DNA of 6,299 nt from a virus. The stretch spans positions 1-6,299 of IMG/VR virus record IMGVR_UViG_3300034037_000063. One strand, written 5' to 3'. The notes under the pieces were generated by a model. It ran no database searches. It saw only the letters and a program-made list of their open reading frames with translations, and was not told the origin of the DNA. Positions 1 to 6,120 of this stretch are shown in pieces. A program made the position numbers and the translations under genes. Numbering within the stretch: the stretch's first letter is position 1; every line of letters begins with the position of its first letter.

Positions 1-94
1 TCACTCCAACAATTGTTCATGTTCCCAAGGGAAATAAATATAAAAGGATCGAAGCGCCTTGTGGTTATTGTTGGGCTTGTCTCAAAAATAAACA
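1..94. repeat. Terminal direct redundancy (left copy), identical to 6206-6299. This is the signature of a circular genome or contig of 6205 nt.
   Basis: Base-by-base comparison shows tcactccaacaattgttcatgttccc...ctcaaaaataaaca at both window ends. The copies are direct, not inverted. A single ORF reads through the junction. Confidence 0.95.
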
Positions 95-977
95 AAACGA
101 CCTGGTCGCCAAAGTTCTTATGGAACTCCAAACCTGCGACTGGTCGTTCGTCGCTACTTTCACCTACGACGACAAAAAATTACCGCAAGGCGACAAATCC
201 GCCCAAAACATTAACAAGTACCACTTTAAAAAACTCTGTGCGCACATGAGAAAATTCTCTAATTTCAGATATCTTGCGGCCGGAGAATACGGCAAACGCA
301 AACGCCGCGCGCATTTCCATGCCGCATTCTTTGGCGTCGGTCAAAAACCGGATATCCTCACACTAAAAACCCGTGGCCAATGGAAATACTGGCCGCACGG
401 GTTCTCATATTTCGACGAACTCGATGCCCGAAGCGTCGAATATATCGCGAAATATCTAACAAAACAACGGCGGGCAAAGACCGACGAACATCAAGAGACA
501 GAGTGGGTTACTTACTCAAAATACCCACCGCTTGGAATAAATTTCATTTTAAAACTAGCTGACCAATACGTGGACGAGAGAGTGTTCCCCAGAACATTCC
601 GAGTAAATCCACAGGGCTCTAATCTCTTAAACCGCCGCATGCAAATCAGCGGCGTATCACAAAATCTCTTTCTCGAACGTATTTTCACACAATGGCCAGA
701 AGCCATAAACCATCAAAAAACAGAATGGATGCAAAACGCTCAATCTCGTTGGGCGAAATGGCGGGCTAAAGAAAATTGGGCAAAAATGACCAACAAGGAA
801 CAAATCGAGGAACTAAAAGCGTCTTTTAGGACGCTACCCTACAGAGAACCCTTGACAGAGAAAGAAAAACAATGGGAAGAATACAAATATACCGATGAAT
901 ATTGGGATTGGGCAAAATGGCTAGACGGAATCAACAAAGAACGCGCAACCCAAGAGCGCCCGAACCGCGTCCAGTAA
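3..977 (+). CDS. Replication initiation protein (Microviridae VP4 / phiX174 A-like HUH endonuclease). This is the part downstream of the linearisation point. The true start is the ATG at 6199 and the full protein is 327 aa.
   Basis: The frame is open from base 3 and in frame with the track ORF 120-977. The N-terminal sequence MCITPTIVHVP...APCGYCWACLKNK is the typical microvirus Rep Cys cluster. Motif 1 is FVATFTYDD. GEYGKRKRRAHFHAAFFG holds the HUH motif, with HFH at nt 312-320. VEYIAKYLTK is the YxxxY catalytic tyrosine motif (TAT at 441-443 and 453-455). AGGGA lies 6 nt upstream of the ATG at 6199. Confidence 0.93.
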   Translation, partial: TPTIVHVPKGNKYKRIEAPCGYCWACLKNKQNDLVAKVLMELQTCDWSFVATFTYDDKKLPQGDKSAQNINKYHFKKLCAHMRKFSNFRYLAAGEYGKRKRRAHFHAAFFGVGQKPDILTLKTRGQWKYWPHGFSYFDELDARSVEYIAKYLTKQRRAKTDEHQETEWVTYSKYPPLGINFILKLADQYVDERVFPRTFRVNPQGSNLLNRRMQISGVSQNLFLERIFTQWPEAINHQKTEWMQNAQSRWAKWRAKENWAKMTNKEQIEELKASFRTLPYREPLTEKEKQWEEYKYTDEYWDWAKWLDGINKERATQERPNRVQ

Positions 978-1243
978 CATCAGCCGCGAAGCGCCACCAA
1001 ACCCCAACTCGTTCTTCCACTAAACAAATTCAGGGAACCTATCGCAAGATCGGTACCGTGAATAAATCAACACTATCGACCGAGTTGACTATCTCGGAAC
1101 CGATAGAGAGGGGTGGCCCAAACAAAGCTGTAAAAACAGCGACCGCGACAACTCCCGTCACGCGAAAAAAATGTAAGGGCCGCCCCAAGTCAAACAAATC
1201 GAAAGGGGGCGGTTCACGCTCCTTTGTAAAATGGTGTTCATAA
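917..1243 (+). CDS. Highly basic, low-complexity 108-aa protein. It is a candidate ssDNA-binding/packaging protein (functional analogue of phiX174 J / gokushovirus VP8) and overlaps the 3' end of rep in another frame.
   Basis: It is the only open frame across the 978-1230 gap. The ATG is at 917; the track start at 902 is a TTG. By my count it has 26 K/R against 4 E and no D in 108 aa, and it is rich in T/P/S/N. Its stop at 1241-1243 lies 2 nt before the ATG at 1246. There is no convincing SD, and no homology is recognisable by eye. Confidence 0.45.
   Translation: MARRNQQRTRNPRAPEPRPVTSAAKRHQTPTRSSTKQIQGTYRKIGTVNKSTLSTELTISEPIERGGPNKAVKTATATTPVTRKKCKGRPKSNKSKGGGSRSFVKWCS
1073..1106. other. 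Imperfect stem-loop, CTATCG-a-CCGAG / loop ttgactat / CTCGG-aac-CGATAG, lying inside the basic ORF.
   Basis: Inverted repeat read directly: 6 + 5 bp with a small internal loop. Confidence 0.3.
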
Positions 1244-1245
1244 AA

Positions 1246-1434
1246 ATGCCCGACGAAAAAAGTCTTACCCTCTTAGGGGGGCTGATCGCCATTGGCTTAT
1301 TGACTTGGAACACCTCGACGACTTATGACCTGTCAATTGACATAGCGTCATTAAAAGCGGACCTTATGGGCCGCGTAACTCGCCTAGAAACTACAACCGA
1401 AAAACATCTAAACCGGAAGGAACATCAACAATGA
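1246..1434 (+). CDS. Small membrane protein (62 aa from the ATG at 1246, or 67 aa from the ATG at 1231). It has an N-terminal TM helix and a charged C-terminal helix. Function unknown; holin-like or virion/entry accessory candidate.
   Basis: The hydrophobic segment SLTLLGGLIAIGLLTW is followed by the amphipathic, charged SLKADLMGRVTRLETTTEKHLNRKEHQQ. The stop TGA (1432-1434) overlaps the next ATG (1431) as ATGA. Confidence 0.55.
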   Translation: MPDEKSLTLLGGLIAIGLLTWNTSTTYDLSIDIASLKADLMGRVTRLETTTEKHLNRKEHQQ

Positions 1435-1604
1435 AAGCAATCTTATCCCCGATAGCTCGCCGTATAGGAACCTTATCAGGCGGCTTGCTACTTGGCGTCG
1501 GAATGACCGAAAGCGACGCTTCGTTAGCCGTCGCAGGAATAACCGCCGTTGCACTCTTTGCAATGGACCTGGCACTGTCACGCTTCAACTTTTTGAGGTT
1601 CTAA
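1431..1604 (+). CDS. 57-aa protein with two predicted TM segments (MKAILSPIARRIGTLSGGLLLGVGMTESDASLAVAGITAVALFAMDLALSRFNFLRF). It is not in the supplied ORF track. Holin-like or membrane accessory candidate.
   Basis: Hand translation of 1431-1604 gives an open frame of 57 codons plus TAA at 1602-1604. GGAAGGAA lies about 10 nt upstream. It has an ATGA overlap with the preceding ORF, and its stop is 1 nt before the pilot-gene ATG at 1606. There are two hydrophobic stretches. The reverse-strand ORF 1391-1588 is its mirror image. Confidence 0.55.
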   Translation: MKAILSPIARRIGTLSGGLLLGVGMTESDASLAVAGITAVALFAMDLALSRFNFLRF

Positions 1605-1605
1605 A

Positions 1606-2472
1606 ATGCTAGGCGCAATTATTGGTGGACTAGCGTCTGTCGCTGGTTCAATCCTCTCGAAACCTTCTAGGGTTTCAGGACAACAATCTACTCTTGAAGC
1701 CGCCGCTGGCGCTGTCGAAGCACAGGAAAAATACGGCATTAACGCGCTTGAACTTATTCGAGCCGGTTCCGCCGGAATGTCCTCCGGCTCGAAACCGCGT
1801 GTCGGGTCAACTGCAATGCTTCAACAAGGCTTCGACCAAATATCAAACGTCCTGACAGGACGCGAAGCGCAACAAAATGCAAGGGACGCCGTTCAGGATG
1901 AACTTGCAAAAATAACACTCGAACAAAAAAAAGCGGATCTGGCCATAACAGGCAATCGGCTTTCGAGAATGGTATCACCCACAGCCCAAAATATGGGGCT
2001 TGGACAAAGACACATCAACACCGATCAAGGCCAAAAACATCTGGCCGAAATTGCAAAACCAACACCCATTAAACTCAATGCAGAAGGACAAACTGTCATT
2101 GATACCGATGTAACCGACGGAGGCACAGGAAAAACAATAAAACCAATCGAAAGCGTAGTCGTTAAAAGCGGGCGCACTGTCGACGTAGTAGCAGGCCCCG
2201 AACTCGACGAAATGATCACTGGTGCCGCTATCAGCGCAATAGACAACACCCGTGAAAACGGGCTGAAAAGTATGCGTCTGCCAGGTTTCCATCCAAAAGA
2301 ACTTTGGCACGGTAAAAAGGACTTTGAAAAAATCAAAGAATACGATGCCATGCCACCCGTGGAATGGCCAAGCAGTTTCAGCCACAGAAAACCACTAGGA
2401 TGGGACAACTGGTCAAATACCAAAAAAATGAACCATATTATGATTTTCAAAAAAACAACGACAAGGAAATAA
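1606..2472 (+). CDS. DNA pilot / minor capsid protein (VP2 / phiX174 H-like), 288 aa.
   Basis: The Gly/Ala-rich hydrophobic N-terminus MLGAIIGGLASVAGSIL is followed by a Q/A/E-rich predicted coiled coil (REAQQNARDAVQDELAKITLEQKKADL). Both are typical of microvirus pilot proteins. GAGG lies 8 nt upstream. The gene is adjacent to the MCP gene. Confidence 0.75.
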   Translation: MLGAIIGGLASVAGSILSKPSRVSGQQSTLEAAAGAVEAQEKYGINALELIRAGSAGMSSGSKPRVGSTAMLQQGFDQISNVLTGREAQQNARDAVQDELAKITLEQKKADLAITGNRLSRMVSPTAQNMGLGQRHINTDQGQKHLAEIAKPTPIKLNAEGQTVIDTDVTDGGTGKTIKPIESVVVKSGRTVDVVAGPELDEMITGAAISAIDNTRENGLKSMRLPGFHPKELWHGKKDFEKIKEYDAMPPVEWPSSFSHRKPLGWDNWSNTKKMNHIMIFKKTTTRK

Positions 2473-2475
2473 ACA

Positions 2476-4125
2476 ATGTCAAACACAATTCGGCAATCTC
2501 AAGCACCAATGCCATATTCAAGAACTCGACGCATGGACAATTGCTCGGTTCTAACCTCTGGCGACGCTGGCGTAATTATTCCAGTATCAATCGCTCCGCT
2601 TCATCGCGGCGATAGCGCCTCTGGCCGCATTATGATCAACATGGAATTGGCAGAAATGCCACGGCCACTTGAAAACGCAGTCGTCGGACGGGTACAAAGC
2701 TGGTTTATCCCGCGCCCGTCACTGCCGCACTTTAGCGGACTAGACGAATACACTCACGCTTTCCATGGCAAAAATATCACTCAACTCGGAGCCGCTGGCC
2801 GAACTCCCCCGTCTCTTTACGATACGGTTGGCACTGGCGCTATTGCCGCCGCCCAATCCTCGGAGTTTTTCAAATCTCTCGGAATTTCATTGGTTGCTTC
2901 AACTGCAATCAATACCGATTACATTGACGCGTACAACGTCGTCTGCAATTTCCGCCGCGCGGCATATTCTAGCAAAACCACGCGTTACGATTATTACCAA
3001 GAAAACGCCACAACGGCGCTCGAACTTAAACCCGCGTTCTGGCCCAGAAACCGGATGCACAATGTCGTGCCCGACTATGAACAAGCTCTTGTTATCGGGT
3101 CACTCGACCTCGATGTGACCTCTGGGTCAATTCCGGTTTCCGGTTTGGGCGTATTCTCTGGTTCCAACGCCTCGACCAATGCAAATATCAAAAAAACTGG
3201 CGGCGTTACCCAAGCCACTGGCGAATGGTTCGGCGGCACTGCACTGACCGCCGAAGAAGACCCAGACAATGCCAACTTCCCGAAGATCCTAGTGGAAATG
3301 GCTGGCGAGGTTATCGGCACATCTCTAGCCGATATCGACAAGGCCAGAACCACTCAAGCCTTTGCAAAAGCTCAAGCCGCTATGGCTGGTAATGATTATT
3401 CCGGCTTCAACAATGACGACGTGATAATCTCCGAACTAATGCAAGGCTTCGTTGTACCGGAAGAACTCTTTAACCGTCCGTGGTTGCTCGACAATAAAAC
3501 GGTGCAATTCGGCATGCAGGAACGCCACGCAACCGATGCCGCGAACCTTGACGATAGCGTCACAATCGGACGCGCCTCTACATCGCTTTCAATCAACGTA
3601 CCTCGTGCGGAATATGGCGGCGTTATCCTCACAACAATTGAGGTTATGCCGGAACGGCTCTATGAACGCCAATCCGACGAATACATTTACTGTACGACGG
3701 TCGACGACCTTCCAAACGCTCTGCGCGATCTTCAACGAACGGAGCCAGTCGATATTGTTATCAATCGACGCATGGATACTGCTCACACAACTCCAGCCGG
3801 CACTTTCGGCTATGAGCCAATGAACTCCAAATGGCAGAGAGAATTTACCCGCCTCGGCGGCGAATTCAGGCAACTAACACCCGGCACACCGTCAACAATT
3901 GCGCGGACGGCAATTTGGCAACCAGATATCGTTGACCCTGCGTTTACGTCGGACCACTACGAATGCCCACACCCGTTCCCACAGGACGTCTTTAGCGTCC
4001 CATCAAACGACATTGTAAATATTTCTGTTGTTCAACAGATCACAATTGTCGGTCACACCCAATTCGGCGACGAGCTTGTCGAGGATAACGGCGAATTTCT
4101 AGCCATAGAAGCGGAGCAACTATAA
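2476..4125 (+). CDS. Major capsid protein (Microviridae VP1 / phiX174 F-like), 549 aa.
   Basis: The N-terminal signature SVLTSGDAGVIIPVSIAPLHRGDS...MPRPLENAV...WFIPRPSL follows the conserved microvirus F/VP1 pattern (G-x-hydrophobic-hydrophobic-P ... PGD-like ... FxP-R). The size is typical. AAGGAA lies 7 nt upstream. It is the largest ORF in the genome. Confidence 0.93.
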   Translation: MSNTIRQSQAPMPYSRTRRMDNCSVLTSGDAGVIIPVSIAPLHRGDSASGRIMINMELAEMPRPLENAVVGRVQSWFIPRPSLPHFSGLDEYTHAFHGKNITQLGAAGRTPPSLYDTVGTGAIAAAQSSEFFKSLGISLVASTAINTDYIDAYNVVCNFRRAAYSSKTTRYDYYQENATTALELKPAFWPRNRMHNVVPDYEQALVIGSLDLDVTSGSIPVSGLGVFSGSNASTNANIKKTGGVTQATGEWFGGTALTAEEDPDNANFPKILVEMAGEVIGTSLADIDKARTTQAFAKAQAAMAGNDYSGFNNDDVIISELMQGFVVPEELFNRPWLLDNKTVQFGMQERHATDAANLDDSVTIGRASTSLSINVPRAEYGGVILTTIEVMPERLYERQSDEYIYCTTVDDLPNALRDLQRTEPVDIVINRRMDTAHTTPAGTFGYEPMNSKWQREFTRLGGEFRQLTPGTPSTIARTAIWQPDIVDPAFTSDHYECPHPFPQDVFSVPSNDIVNISVVQQITIVGHTQFGDELVEDNGEFLAIEAEQL

Positions 4126-4592
4126 TGCAAAAAATCAATCCAGCCGAACGGCTAAACTTTGCCTCTGGCAAAACAAACGGGTTTCTACCGGAAACCCAAA
4201 TCAACACGGTTTACCTGGAAGCCCCTGCGGCTCTCTACGTAACCTACGGCGACACAACACCGGAATTAATCGGTTACGGAACCGAATTCAAATTCCAACT
4301 CGACCGCATAGAAGCGGTTCGTATCTGGTCAACTGTCAAAGGTGTCGCAATCGTCAAACCAATCGACGTCTACGAAAGTGCTGGCGAGGTGTTTACCAAC
4401 TTCGACAAACGACCGTCAATGTCGCCACTTGAGCAAAGTGTCACACTGGCTCTGCGACGTCTGAAACAGAAGGAGCGCGAACTTGACAAACGCCTGACCA
4501 CACCAAAACCGCAAACAACACCGGAACCAACACCGGAACCAACACCGGAACCAACACCGGAACCAACACCGGAAACAACACCGGAAACATAA
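4125..4592 (+). CDS. 155-aa hypothetical protein with a beta-rich N-terminal domain, a basic helix and a C-terminal (TPEP)n tail. Candidate structural (spike or decoration) or scaffolding protein.
   Basis: It is coupled to the MCP stop by a TAATG overlap (4123-4127), with GGAG 9 nt upstream. The ORF is clean. Its C-terminus reads TTPKPQTTPEPTPEPTPEPTPEPTPETTPET. Confidence 0.75.
   Translation: MQKINPAERLNFASGKTNGFLPETQINTVYLEAPAALYVTYGDTTPELIGYGTEFKFQLDRIEAVRIWSTVKGVAIVKPIDVYESAGEVFTNFDKRPSMSPLEQSVTLALRRLKQKERELDKRLTTPKPQTTPEPTPEPTPEPTPEPTPETTPET
4518..4589 (+). repeat. In-frame 12-nt tandem repeat: 4 perfect copies of acaccggaacca (TPEP) and 2 copies of acaccggaaaca (TPET), running to the stop codon.
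   Basis: Units counted directly: 4518-4529, 4530-4541, 4542-4553, 4554-4565, 4566-4577 and 4578-4589. TAA is at 4590-4592. Confidence 0.95.
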
Positions 4593-4599
4593 TTAAAAA

Positions 4600-4620
4600 G
4601 GGCGGCGATCGCCGCCGCCC
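4600..4620. other. GC-rich stem-loop 8 nt after the stop of the 155-aa gene. Possible terminator-like or ssDNA structural element.
   Basis: GGGCGGC (4600-4606) pairs with GCCGCCC (4614-4620). Alternatively there is the perfect 16-nt palindrome GGCGGCGATCGCCGCC (4601-4616). No T-tract follows on the + strand; an A5 run precedes it. Confidence 0.5.
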
Positions 4621-4641
4621 TAACAACTGACGGGAAAAAAC

Positions 4642-5250
4642 ATGAAACATATAAAAACGACAATCGCCGCACTAATGGCTCGGGCACGAGCATCTCGCGG
4701 CTATAAACCAGAAATCAATTTTTTCGACGACATGCCACAACAAGGCATGATCTTGGACGAGATCAAACAGTACAAAGTCCATAAAGACTTTTTCACTTCA
4801 ACAAGACAATTGCGCTACCATGAACGCGCAAATTGGGCAGGAACGGACCCACACATTAAAGCCTTCGCGGGTTATCTCTGCGAGGCACTGCGGGAAAAAG
4901 AAATTCCTATGTACTGTCATACCGCCTATCGCTCGCCTGCTCTGCAAAAACATCTAAAAGCCTCTGGCAACTCAACCCTAAATTCAGGACCTCATCAAAG
5001 AGGTGCCGCCGTGGACATAGTCCACAGCCTCTATCACTGGCGCATGTCGAAGGACATGTGGCAATACATAGGCGATCTGGGTCATGAAATAATTAGCCGC
5101 AAATCCCTACCCATGGAATGGGGCGGCAATTTCAAATCTCTCTATGACCCTGCTCACTGGCAACTTAAGGAGTGGCGGCAAAAGCCAATAATCGACCCGA
5201 TTATTCCTGAGCAAATCACGCCCTATTCACTTAAAAAAGGAGCGCGTTAA
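4642..5250 (+). CDS. Zinc D,D- or L,D-peptidase of family M15 (VanY / phage endolysin type), 202 aa. Putative peptidoglycan hydrolase.
   Basis: The motifs are collinear. YRSPALQ is the substrate-binding Arg motif. GPHQRGAAVD is H-x6-D, with His CAT at 4993-4995 and Asp GAC at 5014-5016. WGGNFKSLYDPAHW is D-x-x-H, with His CAC at 5155-5157. This is the standard M15 zinc-ligand arrangement. Confidence 0.85.
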   Translation: MKHIKTTIAALMARARASRGYKPEINFFDDMPQQGMILDEIKQYKVHKDFFTSTRQLRYHERANWAGTDPHIKAFAGYLCEALREKEIPMYCHTAYRSPALQKHLKASGNSTLNSGPHQRGAAVDIVHSLYHWRMSKDMWQYIGDLGHEIISRKSLPMEWGGNFKSLYDPAHWQLKEWRQKPIIDPIIPEQITPYSLKKGAR

Positions 5251-5459
5251 TGTATAACCGCGAAAAACAAAAACTCGATTTTATCGATTTAACCGCCAAA
5301 ATGGACCTAAAACTACTCGTTCACTGTCAAGCGATGCTTGCCGACCATATAAATAATGTCGTGCAATATATGTTATTGCAACACAACAGGAACGTGAAAA
5401 ACAATGGTGACAATACTCTACACAAAAAAGAACAGCCTCTACCTACAACTAGGCTGTGA
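5250..5459 (+). CDS. 69-aa hypothetical protein, predicted helical.
   Basis: A strong AGGAG lies 7 nt upstream. It has a TAATG overlap with the peptidase stop (5248-5252). Its 3' end overlaps the next ORF by 56 nt. No motif is recognisable. Confidence 0.5.
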   Translation: MYNREKQKLDFIDLTAKMDLKLLVHCQAMLADHINNVVQYMLLQHNRNVKNNGDNTLHKKEQPLPTTRL

Positions 5460-5928
5460 TTGCTACGACGAAACACGGGATGCACGAACATTTAAAGGTT
5501 CTAATCCTGTAATTGCGCACCCGCCCTGTAGGGGGTGGGGACGCCTTCGTCATTTATCAAATCACAAACCAAGCGAACTTCTCTTGGCGTATCATGCTTT
5601 AGGCGTGGTACGCAAAAACGGTGGAGTGCTCGAACATCCTAACGGCTCTATACTATTTAGAGAGGCAAATCTCCCCTTACCTGGGGGATTGCCGGACGAA
5701 TATGGTGGCCGAACAATACAAGTATATCAAGGCCACTACGGGCACCGAGGCCCAAAAAATACACTGCTCTACATCGTTGGATACAACGAACTATCACATA
5801 ACAAAAGAGCGCCTCCTGTAATAAAAAATGTGGCTAACATGTCAAAAGCAGAACGAGAGGCAACGCCTCTTGAGTTCTGCAAATACCTAATAAACATTGC
5901 TTCAAAATGCTGCACTACGGTTGAGTAA
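5404..5928 (+). CDS. 174-aa protein resembling a minimal C5-cytosine-methyltransferase catalytic core. It has PPC, LEHP and YGHRGPKNTLLYIVG segments but lacks the FxGxG SAM loop and a target-recognition domain. Function unknown.
   Basis: An in-frame TGA at 5395-5397 fixes the start at the ATG at 5404. VIAHPPCRGWG (Cys TGT at 5527-5529) resembles motif IV GxPCQxFS. VVRKNGGVLEHPNG (Glu at 5632-5634) sits 35 residues after the Cys and resembles the motif VI ENV context. QVYQGHYGHRGPKNTLLYIVG resembles motif VIII (DYGxPQxRxRxxxxG) at the expected distance. The C-terminal ATPLEFCKYLINIA resembles a motif X helix without the GN. Confidence 0.8.
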   Translation: MVTILYTKKNSLYLQLGCDCYDETRDARTFKGSNPVIAHPPCRGWGRLRHLSNHKPSELLLAYHALGVVRKNGGVLEHPNGSILFREANLPLPGGLPDEYGGRTIQVYQGHYGHRGPKNTLLYIVGYNELSHNKRAPPVIKNVANMSKAEREATPLEFCKYLINIASKCCTTVE

Positions 5929-6057
5929 ACGAAACCAAACCTTGAGCTGCATCTTCTAAGCAAATTCTGGACGCCATCGGTGCAAGGAAATGCCAGACCG
6001 CCACAATCGGTGCCGGAGGCACGGACTATACGGAACAATCCCAAAAACAGTCGTTAA

Positions 6058-6103
6058 ATAACCACTCAGCCGGTTATACCGTCACTTCGTGCGCGGTGGT
6101 TAT
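6058..6103. other. Weak stem-loop: ATAACCAC (6058-6065) pairs with GTGGTTAT (6096-6103) around a 30-nt loop. GGTTATA occurs twice (6072-6078 and 6098-6104).
   Basis: Read directly from the sequence. The stem is short and the loop is long. Confidence 0.3.
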
Positions 6104-6120
6104 AAAACAACGACCTATCA

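Noticed and set aside
1-94. The terminal repeats were considered as LTR/IS ends or prophage att sites.
   Set aside because: The copies are direct and identical, the rep ORF reads seamlessly through the junction, and no integrase, transposase or host flank is present. A circular-genome overlap is the simplest explanation.
13-249. + strand ORF of 78 aa (TTG start) at the window start.
   Set aside because: It is out of frame with, and fully inside, the Rep N-terminal coding region, whose frame shows the conserved microvirus Rep motifs. It has no SD and a low-complexity product.
380-562. Basic 60-aa + strand ORF inside rep. The ORFs at 2364-2615 (pilot/MCP junction) and 5621-5821 (inside the 174-aa gene) are similar.
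   Set aside because: They are short, lack an RBS, and their composition follows from the A-rich coding strand. There is no independent support.
1849-1861. Palindrome GTCCTGaCAGGAC inside the pilot gene.
   Set aside because: A 1-nt loop cannot form a hairpin. It is a short coding-region palindrome with no flanking signal.
2765-3823. + strand ORFs overprinted in alternative frames inside the MCP gene (2765-3118, 117 aa, with a hydrophobic Pro-containing N-terminus; 3452-3823, 123 aa, TTG start). They were considered as phiX174 E-like amurin candidates.
   Set aside because: Neither has an SD, and one relies on a TTG start. ORFs of this length in alternative frames are expected by chance inside a 1.6-kb gene. 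The genome already encodes a muralytic peptidase. Only comparative synonymous-constraint analysis could revive them.
4518-4589. The regular 12-nt repeat array was checked as a possible CRISPR-like or satellite element.
   Set aside because: The units are contiguous with no spacers, are in frame, and encode the TPEP tail of a clear ORF. It is a coding tandem repeat.
5976-6013. Direct repeat of ATCGGTGC (5976-5983 and 6006-6013), 30 nt apart. It was considered as a pair of iterons.
   Set aside because: A single 8-mer pair at this distance is roughly what chance predicts over a 6.3-kb window, and there is no third copy.
1391-6044. All minus-strand ORFs in the track: 512-706, 1391-1588, 1754-1978, 1975-2385, 2025-2486, 2899-3084, 3075-3353, 3396-3632, 3589-3873, 4370-4693, 4441-4650 and 5769-6044.
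   Set aside because: Each is antisense to a well-supported + strand gene. The pair at 4370-4693 and 4441-4650 simply mirrors the TPEP repeat as GSGV/VPVL repeats. Microviruses transcribe one strand only. None shows a motif or an RBS.
5990-6061. 23-aa Arg-rich mini-ORF (MPDRHNRCRRHGLYGTIPKTVVK) in the main intergenic region. It was considered as a J-like DNA-binding peptide.
   Set aside because: The only purine-rich stretch (AAGGAA) abuts the ATG with 0-1 nt spacing, which is too close for an SD. The ORF is too short to distinguish from chance, and the longer basic ORF at 917-1243 is a better candidate for that role.
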